DNA of 20,793 bases. Origin: Oculatellaceae cyanobacterium bins.114 (GTDB lineage: Bacteria > Cyanobacteriota > Cyanobacteriia > Elainellales > Elainellaceae). The stretch is taken from contig JANRJA010000164.1 in assembly GCA_033764315.1 (NCBI GenBank), forward strand, positions 1 to 20,793. Direction: 5' to 3'. Within the stretch, counting starts at the first letter, position 1, and every line of letters starts with the position of its first letter. The notes beneath the pieces were generated by a model. The model saw only the letters and a program-made list of their open reading frames with translations, was not told the DNA's origin and did no database searches. Positions 9,527 to 18,229 of the stretch are shown one piece after another. The translations under genes were made by a program, and so were the position numbers.

Positions 9527-10009
9527 ATGAGCCAGCCTTTAGAAAACACCAACATCTTAATCGTGGACGACCAACCCAACAACCTCCAGGTTCTGAGTGC
9601 ACTCTTGAGCCACGAAGGATATCGAGTTCGCAAAGCCACAAGTGGCATGTTTGCGCTAAAAGCAATTCAGGCTGAAGTGCCTGATCTCGTGCTTTTGGAC
9701 ATTCAAATGCCACAAATGGATGGTTACGAGGTCTGTTCCCATCTCAAAGCTAATGCTGACACCTGTGACCTTCCTATCATTTTTCTCAGTGCCTTAGATG
9801 ACGTCAACGATAAAGTCAGAGCGTTTACGATGGGTGGGGCAGATTATGTAACAAAACCCTTTCAAGGCTTAGAGGTGCTGGCGCGGGTCAAACATCACCT
9901 AACCATTCAACAACAACGCAAAAAATTGAAGCAACTAGAAGAAGAACTACTCCAAGCGAAGGCGATGTATGACCAACTCTCAGCAAAGATGTTTAGTGTT
10001 CCAATGTAA
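9527..10009 (+). CDS. Response regulator (receiver domain plus short coiled coil, no output domain)
   Basis: ILIVDD, LVLLDIQMPQMDG, FLSA and YVTKPF receiver motifs; AGGA upstream of the ATG; lies downstream of the hybrid kinase. Confidence 0.9.
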   Translation: MSQPLENTNILIVDDQPNNLQVLSALLSHEGYRVRKATSGMFALKAIQAEVPDLVLLDIQMPQMDGYEVCSHLKANADTCDLPIIFLSALDDVNDKVRAFTMGGADYVTKPFQGLEVLARVKHHLTIQQQRKKLKQLEEELLQAKAMYDQLSAKMFSVPM

Positions 10010-10188
10010 AGCTATCTACACGAAATATCTAGTTTGCCATTTTTCACTCTCTAAATGACCAATCTACTTAGCGTCACGGCAATCCTGTTCGCATGTGACA
10101 TAGGTTAAGTAGACAGTCACCACATTCGTCCAAAAATTCTGGCTCAACCGCCAACTAAAATATGGAGAGCTTACTTTTTTGAGTTCTC

Positions 10189-11271
10189 ATGCCTCAACCA
10201 ATTTTGTATGTTGCCATCACCAATCACGGCTTTGGCCATGCAACACGAACCACGGCTGTTGTGGCTGAGCTACAACGTCAATATCCTGAGTTATTGCTGA
10301 TTCTAGTCACAACCGCTCCTCGATGGTTACTGGAGTCTTACATTCAAGGGGATTTTATTCATCGTCCACGCGCCTTTGATATTGGGGTGGTGCAACGCGA
10401 TAGCTTGACGATGGACAAGCCCGCTACCTTAGAGAAGTTGCAGGCAATTCGGGCACAACAGCGATCGCTGATTGCCAGTGAAGTTAACTTTATTCGACAA
10501 AATCGGGTGGGGTTGGTGTTAGCAGATATTCCCCCATTGGCAGCCGCGATCGCCCAAGCCGCAGGGGTGCCCTGCTGGATGATGAGTAACTTTGGCTGGG
10601 ATTTTATCTACCGCGACTGGGGGGGGGAGTTCATCGAGATGGCCGATTGGATTGCTGAGTGTTTTGGCAAGTGCGATCGCCTCTTTCGACTACCCTTCCA
10701 TGAGCCGATGAGTGCGTTTCCCACGATTACTGATGTGGGTCTCACTGGAGGATACCCGCGTTACTCAGTCGAAGAGATCCGATCTCAGTTTCCATTCACA
10801 ACCCCATTAGAACAAACTGTTTTGCTGACATTTGGCGGATTGGGGTTAGAGCAAATTCCCTATCAAAATCTGGCACAGTTTCCCGATTGGCAATTCATCA
10901 CCTTTGACCGCAACGCCCCTCAACTGCCCAATCTCCTGCACATCACCGATCAACACTATCGTCCCGTTGATTTCATGCCACTGTGCAGTCGGGTGGTGTC
11001 AAAACCGGGGTATGGCACGTTTTCAGAGGCGTGTCGATTGGGAGTACCGATTGTATCAGTGACCCGAAGTGACTTTGCTGAGGCTCCTATTTTGTTAGAT
11101 GGAATTCGAGACTACGCAGAGCATCGAATCCTCGAACCAACGGAGTTCTTTCAAGGCGATTGGCAGTTTTTGCGAGAACCCATGCAACCCCCTCAAAAGA
11201 CAGAACCGATCGCCAAAGACGGCAATGAGGCGATCGCCCGCGCTATTGTAGATTTCTTTGAATTAAATTGA
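10189..11271 (+). CDS. GT-B fold glycosyltransferase-like protein
   Basis: N-terminal HGFGHATR, ADIPPLA, TFGGLG and SKPGYGTFSE motifs typical of GT-B enzymes; GGAG upstream. Confidence 0.78.
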   Translation: MPQPILYVAITNHGFGHATRTTAVVAELQRQYPELLLILVTTAPRWLLESYIQGDFIHRPRAFDIGVVQRDSLTMDKPATLEKLQAIRAQQRSLIASEVNFIRQNRVGLVLADIPPLAAAIAQAAGVPCWMMSNFGWDFIYRDWGGEFIEMADWIAECFGKCDRLFRLPFHEPMSAFPTITDVGLTGGYPRYSVEEIRSQFPFTTPLEQTVLLTFGGLGLEQIPYQNLAQFPDWQFITFDRNAPQLPNLLHITDQHYRPVDFMPLCSRVVSKPGYGTFSEACRLGVPIVSVTRSDFAEAPILLDGIRDYAEHRILEPTEFFQGDWQFLREPMQPPQKTEPIAKDGNEAIARAIVDFFELN

Positions 11272-11324
11272 GATTCGTTAGAGCAGACCCTAATGGGCAA
11301 AGCATTGATGGAGCTAGGTTTGGC

Positions 11325-11361
11325 TTCATTCTTCATTCTTCATCCTTTATCCTTCATCCTT
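11325..11361 (+). repeat. Heptamer tandem repeat (STRR-like), TTCATYC x5
   Basis: TTCATTC TTCATTC TTCATCC TTTATCC TTCATCC TT read directly upstream of yjbQ. Confidence 0.8.
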
Positions 11362-11376
11362 ACCGCTATACCCCTC

Positions 11377-11796
11377 ATGCCCCACTTCCAACAGTTACTC
11401 CGCATTCAGACTAGCGGCAAATGTCTGCACAAGATCACCTCCAAAGTGGCAGCGGTAGTTGCCGAATCTGGTATCCAAATTGGTATGTGCAATCTTTTTC
11501 TACGCCACACCTCTGCCAGTCTGATCATTCAAGAAAATGCTGATCCGGATGTCCTGGCAGACTTAGCCAACTTCATGGCAAAGCTCGTACCCGATGGCTA
11601 TGACTACATCCACAACGCTGAGGGACCCGATGATATGCCTGCCCATATTCGCAGCGTTTTAACCCACACCTCCGAGCAGATCCCGATCAACCAGGGCAGG
11701 TTGGTGCTGGGTACCTGGCAGGGCATCTACGTGTGGGAACATCGCGATCGCAGCCACCTGCGGGAGTTGGTGGTGCATGTGTGGGGCGATAAATAG
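11377..11796 (+). CDS. yjbQ: YjbQ / UPF0047 family protein (secondary thiamine-phosphate synthase-like)
   Basis: RHTSASL, QENADPDV, HNAEGPDDMPAHIRS and LGTWQGIY motifs. The ATG at 11377 gives a 139-aa protein. The upstream 28 codons of the ORF track include translated heptamer repeat (FILHPLSFIL). Confidence 0.9.
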   Translation: MPHFQQLLRIQTSGKCLHKITSKVAAVVAESGIQIGMCNLFLRHTSASLIIQENADPDVLADLANFMAKLVPDGYDYIHNAEGPDDMPAHIRSVLTHTSEQIPINQGRLVLGTWQGIYVWEHRDRSHLRELVVHVWGDK

Positions 11797-11798
11797 GG

Positions 11799-11860
11799 AA
11801 GATTGAAGAACGAAAAAAGAAAAAGATGGATTCACTTTTCTATTTTTTCTTTTCTTTTTT
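11799..11860. terminator. Putative bidirectional terminator/hairpin between convergent genes
   Basis: A-rich arm GAAGATTGAAGAACGAAAAAAGAAAAAG, loop ATGGATTCA, and T-rich arm CTTTTCTATTTTTTCTTTTCTTTTTT between the two stop codons. Confidence 0.5.
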
Positions 11861-12998
11861 AGCCTTTTAATAACTGGGCATAATGCTGCAAATGCAATTG
11901 TGCTGAGGCTGACCAGGTGTAGGTTGATAGAACTGATTGGCTCTGCTGCACCAGCGATCGCCCTATTTCAGGTTGGATGACGGTCAACATTGCCTGGGCG
12001 ATCGCTTGAGGAACGTGAGGATCGACCAGTAAGGCTTGCTCTGATGAGAGAAATTCGATGAAGGGCGGTTGGTTGGAGGTGATGACAGGAAGATCAGAGG
12101 CGATCGCTTCCAACACCACTAAACCCCAGCCCTCTTTCACAGAGGGAAAGACAAAGGCATCGGCAGCCCGATACAAAGCTGGTAGCAGCGGATCAGGAAT
12201 TACTCCTGTAACGATTAAAGAGTGGTCTGGAATTCCGAGTGTCTGGACGGTTGCAAAAAACTCGTCTCGATAACTGTGATAGTCAAACAGGGTTGAGCCG
12301 CCAGCGATCGCCAGTTGAGCCTGCGGATGATGGGGCAACACTTGAGCAAATGCCTGAATTAGAGCGATCGAGTTTTTGCGAGGTTCGATGCCACCCACGG
12401 TGAGATAAAGGGGTGAGCCGTGCAAACCGTACTGTTGCCTGACCTCGGACTCAAACCCATCAACCTCTGCCGTAAACCGGGTTAGATTGACCCCGTTATA
12501 CACTCGTGGAGCCTCAATCTGATATTGACGCTGCAATTCACCCTGCCACTCCTGACTGACACACAGGCACAAATCGGCCTCGCGAATAGAGCGATCTTGG
12601 CACTGTTGCAGATAAGGACTGCTGTAATCTTCGATGTGATGAACGGTGCGGACAAAGTGAGGGATCAATTGACGTTGCCGCAAGATTCCTAATGCATTAG
12701 CACTAATGCAATCTTGAGCATGGTAGATATCTAGGACATCACTGCCCAGGTCTTGCTCCAGAGCTACTACAAATTCCTGAATGCGTTGCTGAATCAAGGC
12801 ATCCAAACTAGCAGGGGCAGGGGCAGCAGGAACCAGACATTGACGACACGACAAAGGGCGATCAAATCCCTTACCGTCCTTATCGAGGGCATAGACCGTG
12901 ACATCATGGCCCAACTGGTGCAATGCCTCTGCCAGTTCTAAGGTGTGAACCACACTGCCACGCAGCTTTGTGGAGTAGGTCAGTAAGCCTATCTGCAC
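11859..12998 (-). CDS. MSMEG_0565-family glycosyltransferase (GT4-like, normally Nit1C-cluster associated)
   Basis: Family-type N-terminus IGLLTYSTKLRGSVVHTLELAEAL, HAQDCISANAL, RTVHHIEDY, VGGIEPRKN and GT4 motif FPSVKEGWGLVVLEA. Start is uncertain: GTG 12998, TTG 13013, or ATG 13091 across an in-frame UGA. Confidence 0.85.
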   Translation of the reverse strand: MQIGLLTYSTKLRGSVVHTLELAEALHQLGHDVTVYALDKDGKGFDRPLSCRQCLVPAAPAPASLDALIQQRIQEFVVALEQDLGSDVLDIYHAQDCISANALGILRQRQLIPHFVRTVHHIEDYSSPYLQQCQDRSIREADLCLCVSQEWQGELQRQYQIEAPRVYNGVNLTRFTAEVDGFESEVRQQYGLHGSPLYLTVGGIEPRKNSIALIQAFAQVLPHHPQAQLAIAGGSTLFDYHSYRDEFFATVQTLGIPDHSLIVTGVIPDPLLPALYRAADAFVFPSVKEGWGLVVLEAIASDLPVITSNQPPFIEFLSSEQALLVDPHVPQAIAQAMLTVIQPEIGRSLVQQSQSVLSTYTWSASAQLHLQHYAQLLKG

Positions 12999-13021
12999 GT
13001 TCCTATTTCTCAAAGGTAAAG

Positions 13022-13074
13022 GTCAGAGTTTTTGAAAAACTCCGACTCCTGAAGGCTTGAGAATACCGACATCT
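13022..13074. repeat. Palindromic REP-like repeat (GTCGGAGTTTTT-C-AAAAACTCTGAC plus an AGATGTCGG half-site)
   Basis: 12-bp inverted repeat with one mismatch at 13022-13046, next to CCGACATCT at 13066-13074. Confidence 0.6.
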
Positions 13075-13119
13075 GAAGCGATTAACTCCATATACGACTT
13101 CCTCCAGATCCCCGGTTGC

Positions 13120-13135
13120 TGTGATGTAAATCAGA
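13120..13135. promoter_or_regulatory. Putative CRP-family binding site
   Basis: TGTGA-TGTAAA-TCAGA matches TGTGA-N6-TCACA with one mismatch, just upstream of the SD-led leader of the glycosyltransferase. Confidence 0.35.
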
Positions 13136-13197
13136 CTAATGTGAGGATGCTGAACGAGCAACTGGGGATCTAAACCCTTAAGTTGCGCATCGCATGA

Positions 13198-14187
13198 TCA
13201 GTAATCGGTCTCTTCTTCGTATTCCACCACTTTTTTGCGTTCTGGAATATTCACTTGAGGTCCACGATAGGGCTTGGGGTTGTCATCGTCTCCCCAAGCA
13301 TCTTCGAGCACTTCGTCATATTGCTTGGCATACTTGGGTTCATAGGTTTGCTCTTGGCGCAACTCCTCGTACTCATATTCCTCTTCGGGTGAGTCATTCC
13401 AGTTGTTGTCGTCATCGTCATAGTAAGTTGGTTCAGGTTGACGTTGACGCAATGGTTCACGCTCGATCTGGCGGCGAGGTTGAGCATCACTCCAGTTATC
13501 ATCGTCCCAAGTTTCACGACTGGCTGGTGCGGCGTTGCGGGTGGATTGATTGGCGGAAGTGCGAAGCCCAGTGCCCAATTGGTTGGAAACCGAGGTCGGC
13601 ATGATGTATTCTTCATCTTCATCTCGATCCCAGGGGGGTTTGCCAATGCCTACCCGTTCTAAAACGCCAACGGTAAGCTGTCGCAGTTTTTGTTCTGCCC
13701 CCTCAAACACAATCAGGCGATCGGGACCACTGCTAACGACTTCATCGATCGAGAGTTCGTAAGTGCTGATGAGTTGGTCAGGAATTTGAGGTAGACCGAG
13801 AGAGGCAATGGTGATGGATTCTAGCCCGCCATCGTCTGCGTCAAACTTAAAACCTCGCACCTTACCCAGCAATTCGCCAGTTTCGGTAATGACCTCACTG
13901 CCAACTAAACCGCTGTAAATGTCAACGTTAAAGTCATCTTCAACGACTGTATCGTCATCCACCAAGATGACATCTCCGATCTCGCGAATACTGTCGAGCA
14001 GCATGATTTGCTGAATTCCTGATAGGACTCCAGATAACATACTTTCTCGCATACCAAAGGCAACCACTTCTCGCCGATCTACATCGACCCAGACTTGACT
14101 GACCACGCCAAGACGCTTGCCGCGATCGCGAGTGATAACTTGAGTTCCTAAAAGGTCAGAGCGTTGTAAAAATCGTTCAGATGTCAT
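13198..14187 (-). CDS. PRC-barrel domain-containing protein with acidic disordered C-terminal tail
   Basis: Two PRC-barrel-like repeats (SDLLGTQVITRDRGKRLGVV; LVGSEVITETGELLGKVRGF); D/E-rich tail; directly downstream of smc on the same strand. Confidence 0.85.
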   Translation of the reverse strand: MTSERFLQRSDLLGTQVITRDRGKRLGVVSQVWVDVDRREVVAFGMRESMLSGVLSGIQQIMLLDSIREIGDVILVDDDTVVEDDFNVDIYSGLVGSEVITETGELLGKVRGFKFDADDGGLESITIASLGLPQIPDQLISTYELSIDEVVSSGPDRLIVFEGAEQKLRQLTVGVLERVGIGKPPWDRDEDEEYIMPTSVSNQLGTGLRTSANQSTRNAAPASRETWDDDNWSDAQPRRQIEREPLRQRQPEPTYYDDDDNNWNDSPEEEYEYEELRQEQTYEPKYAKQYDEVLEDAWGDDDNPKPYRGPQVNIPERKKVVEYEEETDY

Positions 14188-14271
14188 TTTCGAGTCCTAA
14201 CTCTCGAAGGCTGGAATATCAATACTGCTAATACTGATAGAAATCAATATACAGAGTTATAAAGAACTATG

Positions 14272-17200
14272 TCACAAAGAGGCACTTTGCGGTTGTAAGT
14301 TCAGTCCTAAGACTTGAGTATACGCCCCACGAGCCTGAGTTACGCCAATGGTGCGCTCAGCAGACTCAATCATCGGGCGACGTAGACTTACGACGATAAA
14401 TTGCGCCTGTTGTGCCTGATGTTTAATCATTCTAGCTAATCGCTCCACATTTGCCCCATCCAGAAACATATCTACTTCGTCAAAGGCGTAAAAAGGCGAG
14501 GGACGATAGCGTTGCAAGGCAAAGATAAAACTGAGGGCTGTGAGGGATTTTTCACCTCCTGACATAGAGGCGAGACGACGCACAGGCTTGCCTTTGGGGT
14601 GAGCAACCAGGTTTAGCCCCCCTTCAAAGGGGCTGTTTGGATCGTCAAGTTGCAGGTAGCCATCTCCATCGGACAATTCTGCAAAAATAGTTTGGAAGTT
14701 TTCATTGACGGCATCAAAGGCTTCTTTAAAAGCACGTTGGCGGAGGGTGGTGAAATTTTCAATGCGTAAGAGCAACTCTGTCCGCTCTTCTTCAAGCGTG
14801 CCGAGTTTTTGGCTGAGATCGTCCAGACGAGTCTGAGTGCGATCGTATTCTTCTAACGCCAACATGTTTACGGGTTCCATTGCCTGTAGGCGTTTTTGTA
14901 GCGATCGCAACTCATGCTGCAACTGGGTCAAATCGACTGCCTCTGGCACCTCTGGCAGGGGATCGGGCAACTCTGCCTGCCGTTCTTGCAATTGGGTATT
15001 GAGAGTGATTAACTCCTGGCGGCGTTCGTGCTGTGTTTCCTGGAGTTTTTGAATGTGCCATTCCGTTTGTTGGTGAGTGCTCTGTTGATCCCGCAGTTGG
15101 CGTTCGGTGCGATCGCGCTCTTGCTTTTCTGCGGCTAAGGTCTGCTCTAGCGTGGCTAAGCCCACTCGAATGTGATCAATTTGCTGGCTCATCTCACCAA
15201 TCTGTCGTTTCAGATCAGCATCCTGATTCAGTTGAGTGGTTTGTTGCGTGCGATAGTCCTGCACGCGCTGCTGATATTGCTCGATCTTCTCTTGCATCCG
15301 TTGGTGTTGAATTTCCAGGTCTTGTAACCGTTGTTCGGCACTCCGCAGGGCCAGTTGGCGATCGCTCAAGTGTGTCTCTTGAGTCCGAATCGTCGCTTGC
15401 ATTTGCTGCCACTCGCTGTGGGTTTGCGATTGCTCTAGCTCTGCCAATACCTGCCGATGTTGGGCTAATTCAGCTTCTTGCTGGGGCAAATCACGCTCTA
15501 ACCGGTGCAACCGTTCTTGAACCGTGTTTAATTCCTGAGTGTTTTGGCTGAACTGAGCCTGCATTTGCCCTTGCTGAGCCTGTAGCTTCTCAATTTGGTT
15601 GTGGAGTTGCTGGGCTTGCAACTGGGCCTCACGCTGCTGTTGACGGGCATCTGCCAGGGCGTGCGATCGCTCTTTGACCGTCGTCATACCTTGAGCCAGT
15701 GCTTCTTGGCACCGAGCCAAGACCTGTTCGATAATTTTTAAGCGACTGCGGAGGTTGATAGCTTCACTTGACTCTCCCGCTTGAACTGTGCCAAACCGCA
15801 GCGATCCCGATCGCGAGGAGACACTGCCCCCCGTCATGGCACCACTGGTTTCTAATAGCTCTCCATCCAGCGTGACAATGCGATATTGCCCCAGGTATTG
15901 CCGTGCTTGCTGCATGGTCGAGAAGATCACCGTGCTGCCAAAGACATAGCCAAAAATATCACGGTAGCGATCGTCAGAGTCGATGAGATTGCAGGCGTAA
16001 TCAATGAATCCCTCAGGTCGATTCCAGGCTGGGATGGGCTTGAATTGGGGGGCACGAATTTTAGTTAGCGGTAGAAAGGTAGCTCGTCCCGCTCGTTTTT
16101 GTTTCAGCAACTCGATCGCAGCCGCCGCAACTCCGTCATCTTCCACGACCAGATAGCCCAACCGTCCACCTGCCGCGATTTCTAACGCCAATTGATATTG
16201 AGGATCAACTCGTCCCAATTGCGCCACCAAGCCACAGACCCCCGGCAACCCCAACTGCAATAGCACCTGAGTAGCTCCAGTGCCCTGAGCCTCTTGCATG
16301 GCCTGTGCCTGTGCTTCTAGCTTGTCGAGTTGCCGCTGTTTGTCGCGTTGTTCTTGCAGCAGGCGAGTCTGGGTTTCTTGCTGCACTTGTACTTCTTGTT
16401 CAGCCACAGCCAGCAGCTTTTGCAACGTTTCCAGGTGAATTGTGGCAAGTTTTTCAGTTTCAACTGCCTCAGCATGTTGCTCCTGTTTCGCTGCCAATTC
16501 TTGAGCGATCGCCTCTAGAGCCTCGGTGTGCTCTTGAATTTTTTGTTGCAACTGAGTCAGTCGCTCTTGCAGTCGGGCTTGCTCAGTCCGTTGGGGATCA
16601 AGGATTTGCAGCAGTGCCTCAACTTGGTGCCGCAATGCCGTTTGTTCTTGCACCCAGGCTTCTGAGGCTGACGCGATCGCATTGGCGGCTTCGCGGCTCT
16701 GATCTAACTCAACCTGGGCGCGATCGCGCTCCATGACTAACGACACGATCAGTCGCGCCTCAACATCGGTTTTTTCGTGAGATAACTGGCTTAAGGTCTG
16801 AATCTGCTCATGAATCTCGCGTTGCGTTCTGTCGAGTTGAGTAGCCGTATCTCGACTAGCATTGGCTAACTCTTGCTCTTGGCGATGCAACTGGCGCAGT
16901 TCTGCCTCGCGGGTTGCCAGGGTTGATTGCAAGGCTAACTGCTCATCTTCACCCAGTGCCTTGACCCGCGCATTTAAATGGTCTAGCTCAGCGATCGCCC
17001 GTTGAATCTCGGTCGCCAGCGTTGCTAATTGGGCAATAGACTCCGTCAGACTGCGATCGCCCTGTTGAATTTGCTCCTCAATCTGTTGGGCCTGACGCTG
17101 CTGTTGTCGCCAAGTAAGAACCGCTTCCCACTGACTCTTATTTTGAAACTCGCCCCTCAGCCGTTGATATTTCTCGGCTTTGAGGCGATCTTGAGCAAGG

Positions 17201-18027
17201 CGATCGCGCTGCGCAATTAATTCTTTTTCGACAATCCGAAATTTCTCCTCCCGCTCTTTGACCGCATCTAACTTTTCTTTAGCCTGAGAGATTTTGCGAT
17301 CAAAGGCGGCTACCCCTGCCAGCTCATCAATGATTTCGCGGCGTTCACGCGGATGCATCGAGATAATGCTGGTGACGTCCCCTTGCAGCACAACGTTATA
17401 GCCTTCGGGATAAATCCGAAAGCGGTGCAGTTGTTCGTGCAATTCATTTAGGGTGCAGGGTTGCCCATTGATGAAATAGTTAGAGGTGTAGGTGCCCTGC
17501 TGAGTCACCCGCAGTTTGCGAGTCACACTCCATTCGTTAAAGGGCACTAAAGTCGAATTTAGGGGGAGTTGCTTGGTTCCTGCTTTTTGCCCGTTGCCAT
17601 TGCCATTGCCGTTGCCGTTGCCGTTGCCATTACCATTGCTATGATGATGCCCGTTACCGTTGCTCTCAGGATGATGCCCATTGCCATTCGACGGCTCAGC
17701 GTCATCCAGATCGGGTAGGGGGGTCTCATCGTCAGACTCAAAGGCATAGGCGACGTCATCTTCATCTAAGGCAAATGTTGCTGTGACACTGGCCTCAATG
17801 GTCGATCGCCCTCGACTGGCAACACTCTGATTAACCAGATCTGGCAAACGCTCTGCCCGCATTCCTTTAGAACCTGACAACCCCAACGCAAACAGAAGTG
17901 CGTCTAAGATGTTGGATTTTCCTGATCCGTTGGGCCCTGAGATCACAGTAAACCCTGGCAGCAAGGGAACCTGTGTTGTGCCGCCAAAAGATTTGAAATG
18001 AGTCAGTTCAACGCGCTTAATGTGCAC
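14272..18027 (-). CDS. smc: Chromosome segregation protein SMC
   Basis: Walker A GPNGSGKSN, Q-loop VLQGDV, long coiled coils, hinge (GVCGLVAQL...GRATFLPL...SGAMTGGS), PVNMLA, signature MSGGEKS and Walker B FDEVD. GTG start with AGAGG upstream. Confidence 0.97.
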   Translation of the reverse strand: MHIKRVELTHFKSFGGTTQVPLLPGFTVISGPNGSGKSNILDALLFALGLSGSKGMRAERLPDLVNQSVASRGRSTIEASVTATFALDEDDVAYAFESDDETPLPDLDDAEPSNGNGHHPESNGNGHHHSNGNGNGNGNGNGNGNGQKAGTKQLPLNSTLVPFNEWSVTRKLRVTQQGTYTSNYFINGQPCTLNELHEQLHRFRIYPEGYNVVLQGDVTSIISMHPRERREIIDELAGVAAFDRKISQAKEKLDAVKEREEKFRIVEKELIAQRDRLAQDRLKAEKYQRLRGEFQNKSQWEAVLTWRQQQRQAQQIEEQIQQGDRSLTESIAQLATLATEIQRAIAELDHLNARVKALGEDEQLALQSTLATREAELRQLHRQEQELANASRDTATQLDRTQREIHEQIQTLSQLSHEKTDVEARLIVSLVMERDRAQVELDQSREAANAIASASEAWVQEQTALRHQVEALLQILDPQRTEQARLQERLTQLQQKIQEHTEALEAIAQELAAKQEQHAEAVETEKLATIHLETLQKLLAVAEQEVQVQQETQTRLLQEQRDKQRQLDKLEAQAQAMQEAQGTGATQVLLQLGLPGVCGLVAQLGRVDPQYQLALEIAAGGRLGYLVVEDDGVAAAAIELLKQKRAGRATFLPLTKIRAPQFKPIPAWNRPEGFIDYACNLIDSDDRYRDIFGYVFGSTVIFSTMQQARQYLGQYRIVTLDGELLETSGAMTGGSVSSRSGSLRFGTVQAGESSEAINLRSRLKIIEQVLARCQEALAQGMTTVKERSHALADARQQQREAQLQAQQLHNQIEKLQAQQGQMQAQFSQNTQELNTVQERLHRLERDLPQQEAELAQHRQVLAELEQSQTHSEWQQMQATIRTQETHLSDRQLALRSAEQRLQDLEIQHQRMQEKIEQYQQRVQDYRTQQTTQLNQDADLKRQIGEMSQQIDHIRVGLATLEQTLAAEKQERDRTERQLRDQQSTHQQTEWHIQKLQETQHERRQELITLNTQLQERQAELPDPLPEVPEAVDLTQLQHELRSLQKRLQAMEPVNMLALEEYDRTQTRLDDLSQKLGTLEEERTELLLRIENFTTLRQRAFKEAFDAVNENFQTIFAELSDGDGYLQLDDPNSPFEGGLNLVAHPKGKPVRRLASMSGGEKSLTALSFIFALQRYRPSPFYAFDEVDMFLDGANVERLARMIKHQAQQAQFIVVSLRRPMIESAERTIGVTQARGAYTQVLGLNLQPQSASL
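17590..17691 (-). repeat. Coding low-complexity Asn-Gly/His repeat inside the SMC head domain
   Basis: Encodes SNGNGHHPESNGNGHHHS(NG)8 with mixed AAT/AAC and GGC/GGT/GGG codons. Confidence 0.85.
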
Positions 18028-18229
18028 GAAACCTCTAAGTCGGAGGAACGAAGGACAGGAGATAGAACAAACGCTTGCGTCAGGCTGGGTTGTGATAAAA
18101 AGCCATCGGCAGGATAGCTTGAGCCAGTTTAGGCGGAGATCGTCAGGTTAACGATACTCGATTTTTTAGAAAAAGACGGAGTCCCTATTGCAGCTAGCCT
18201 TAGATGACTTAGGTCAATTACACGGCTTA

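Noticed and set aside
11293..11376. N-terminal extension of YjbQ in the ORF track
   Set aside because: It includes translated heptamer repeat, and the family-like sequence begins at the ATG at 11377.
568..17765. Numerous 60-170 aa ORFs antisense to or overlapping the large genes
   Set aside because: They are shadow ORFs of well-supported genes, with no motifs or independent evidence.
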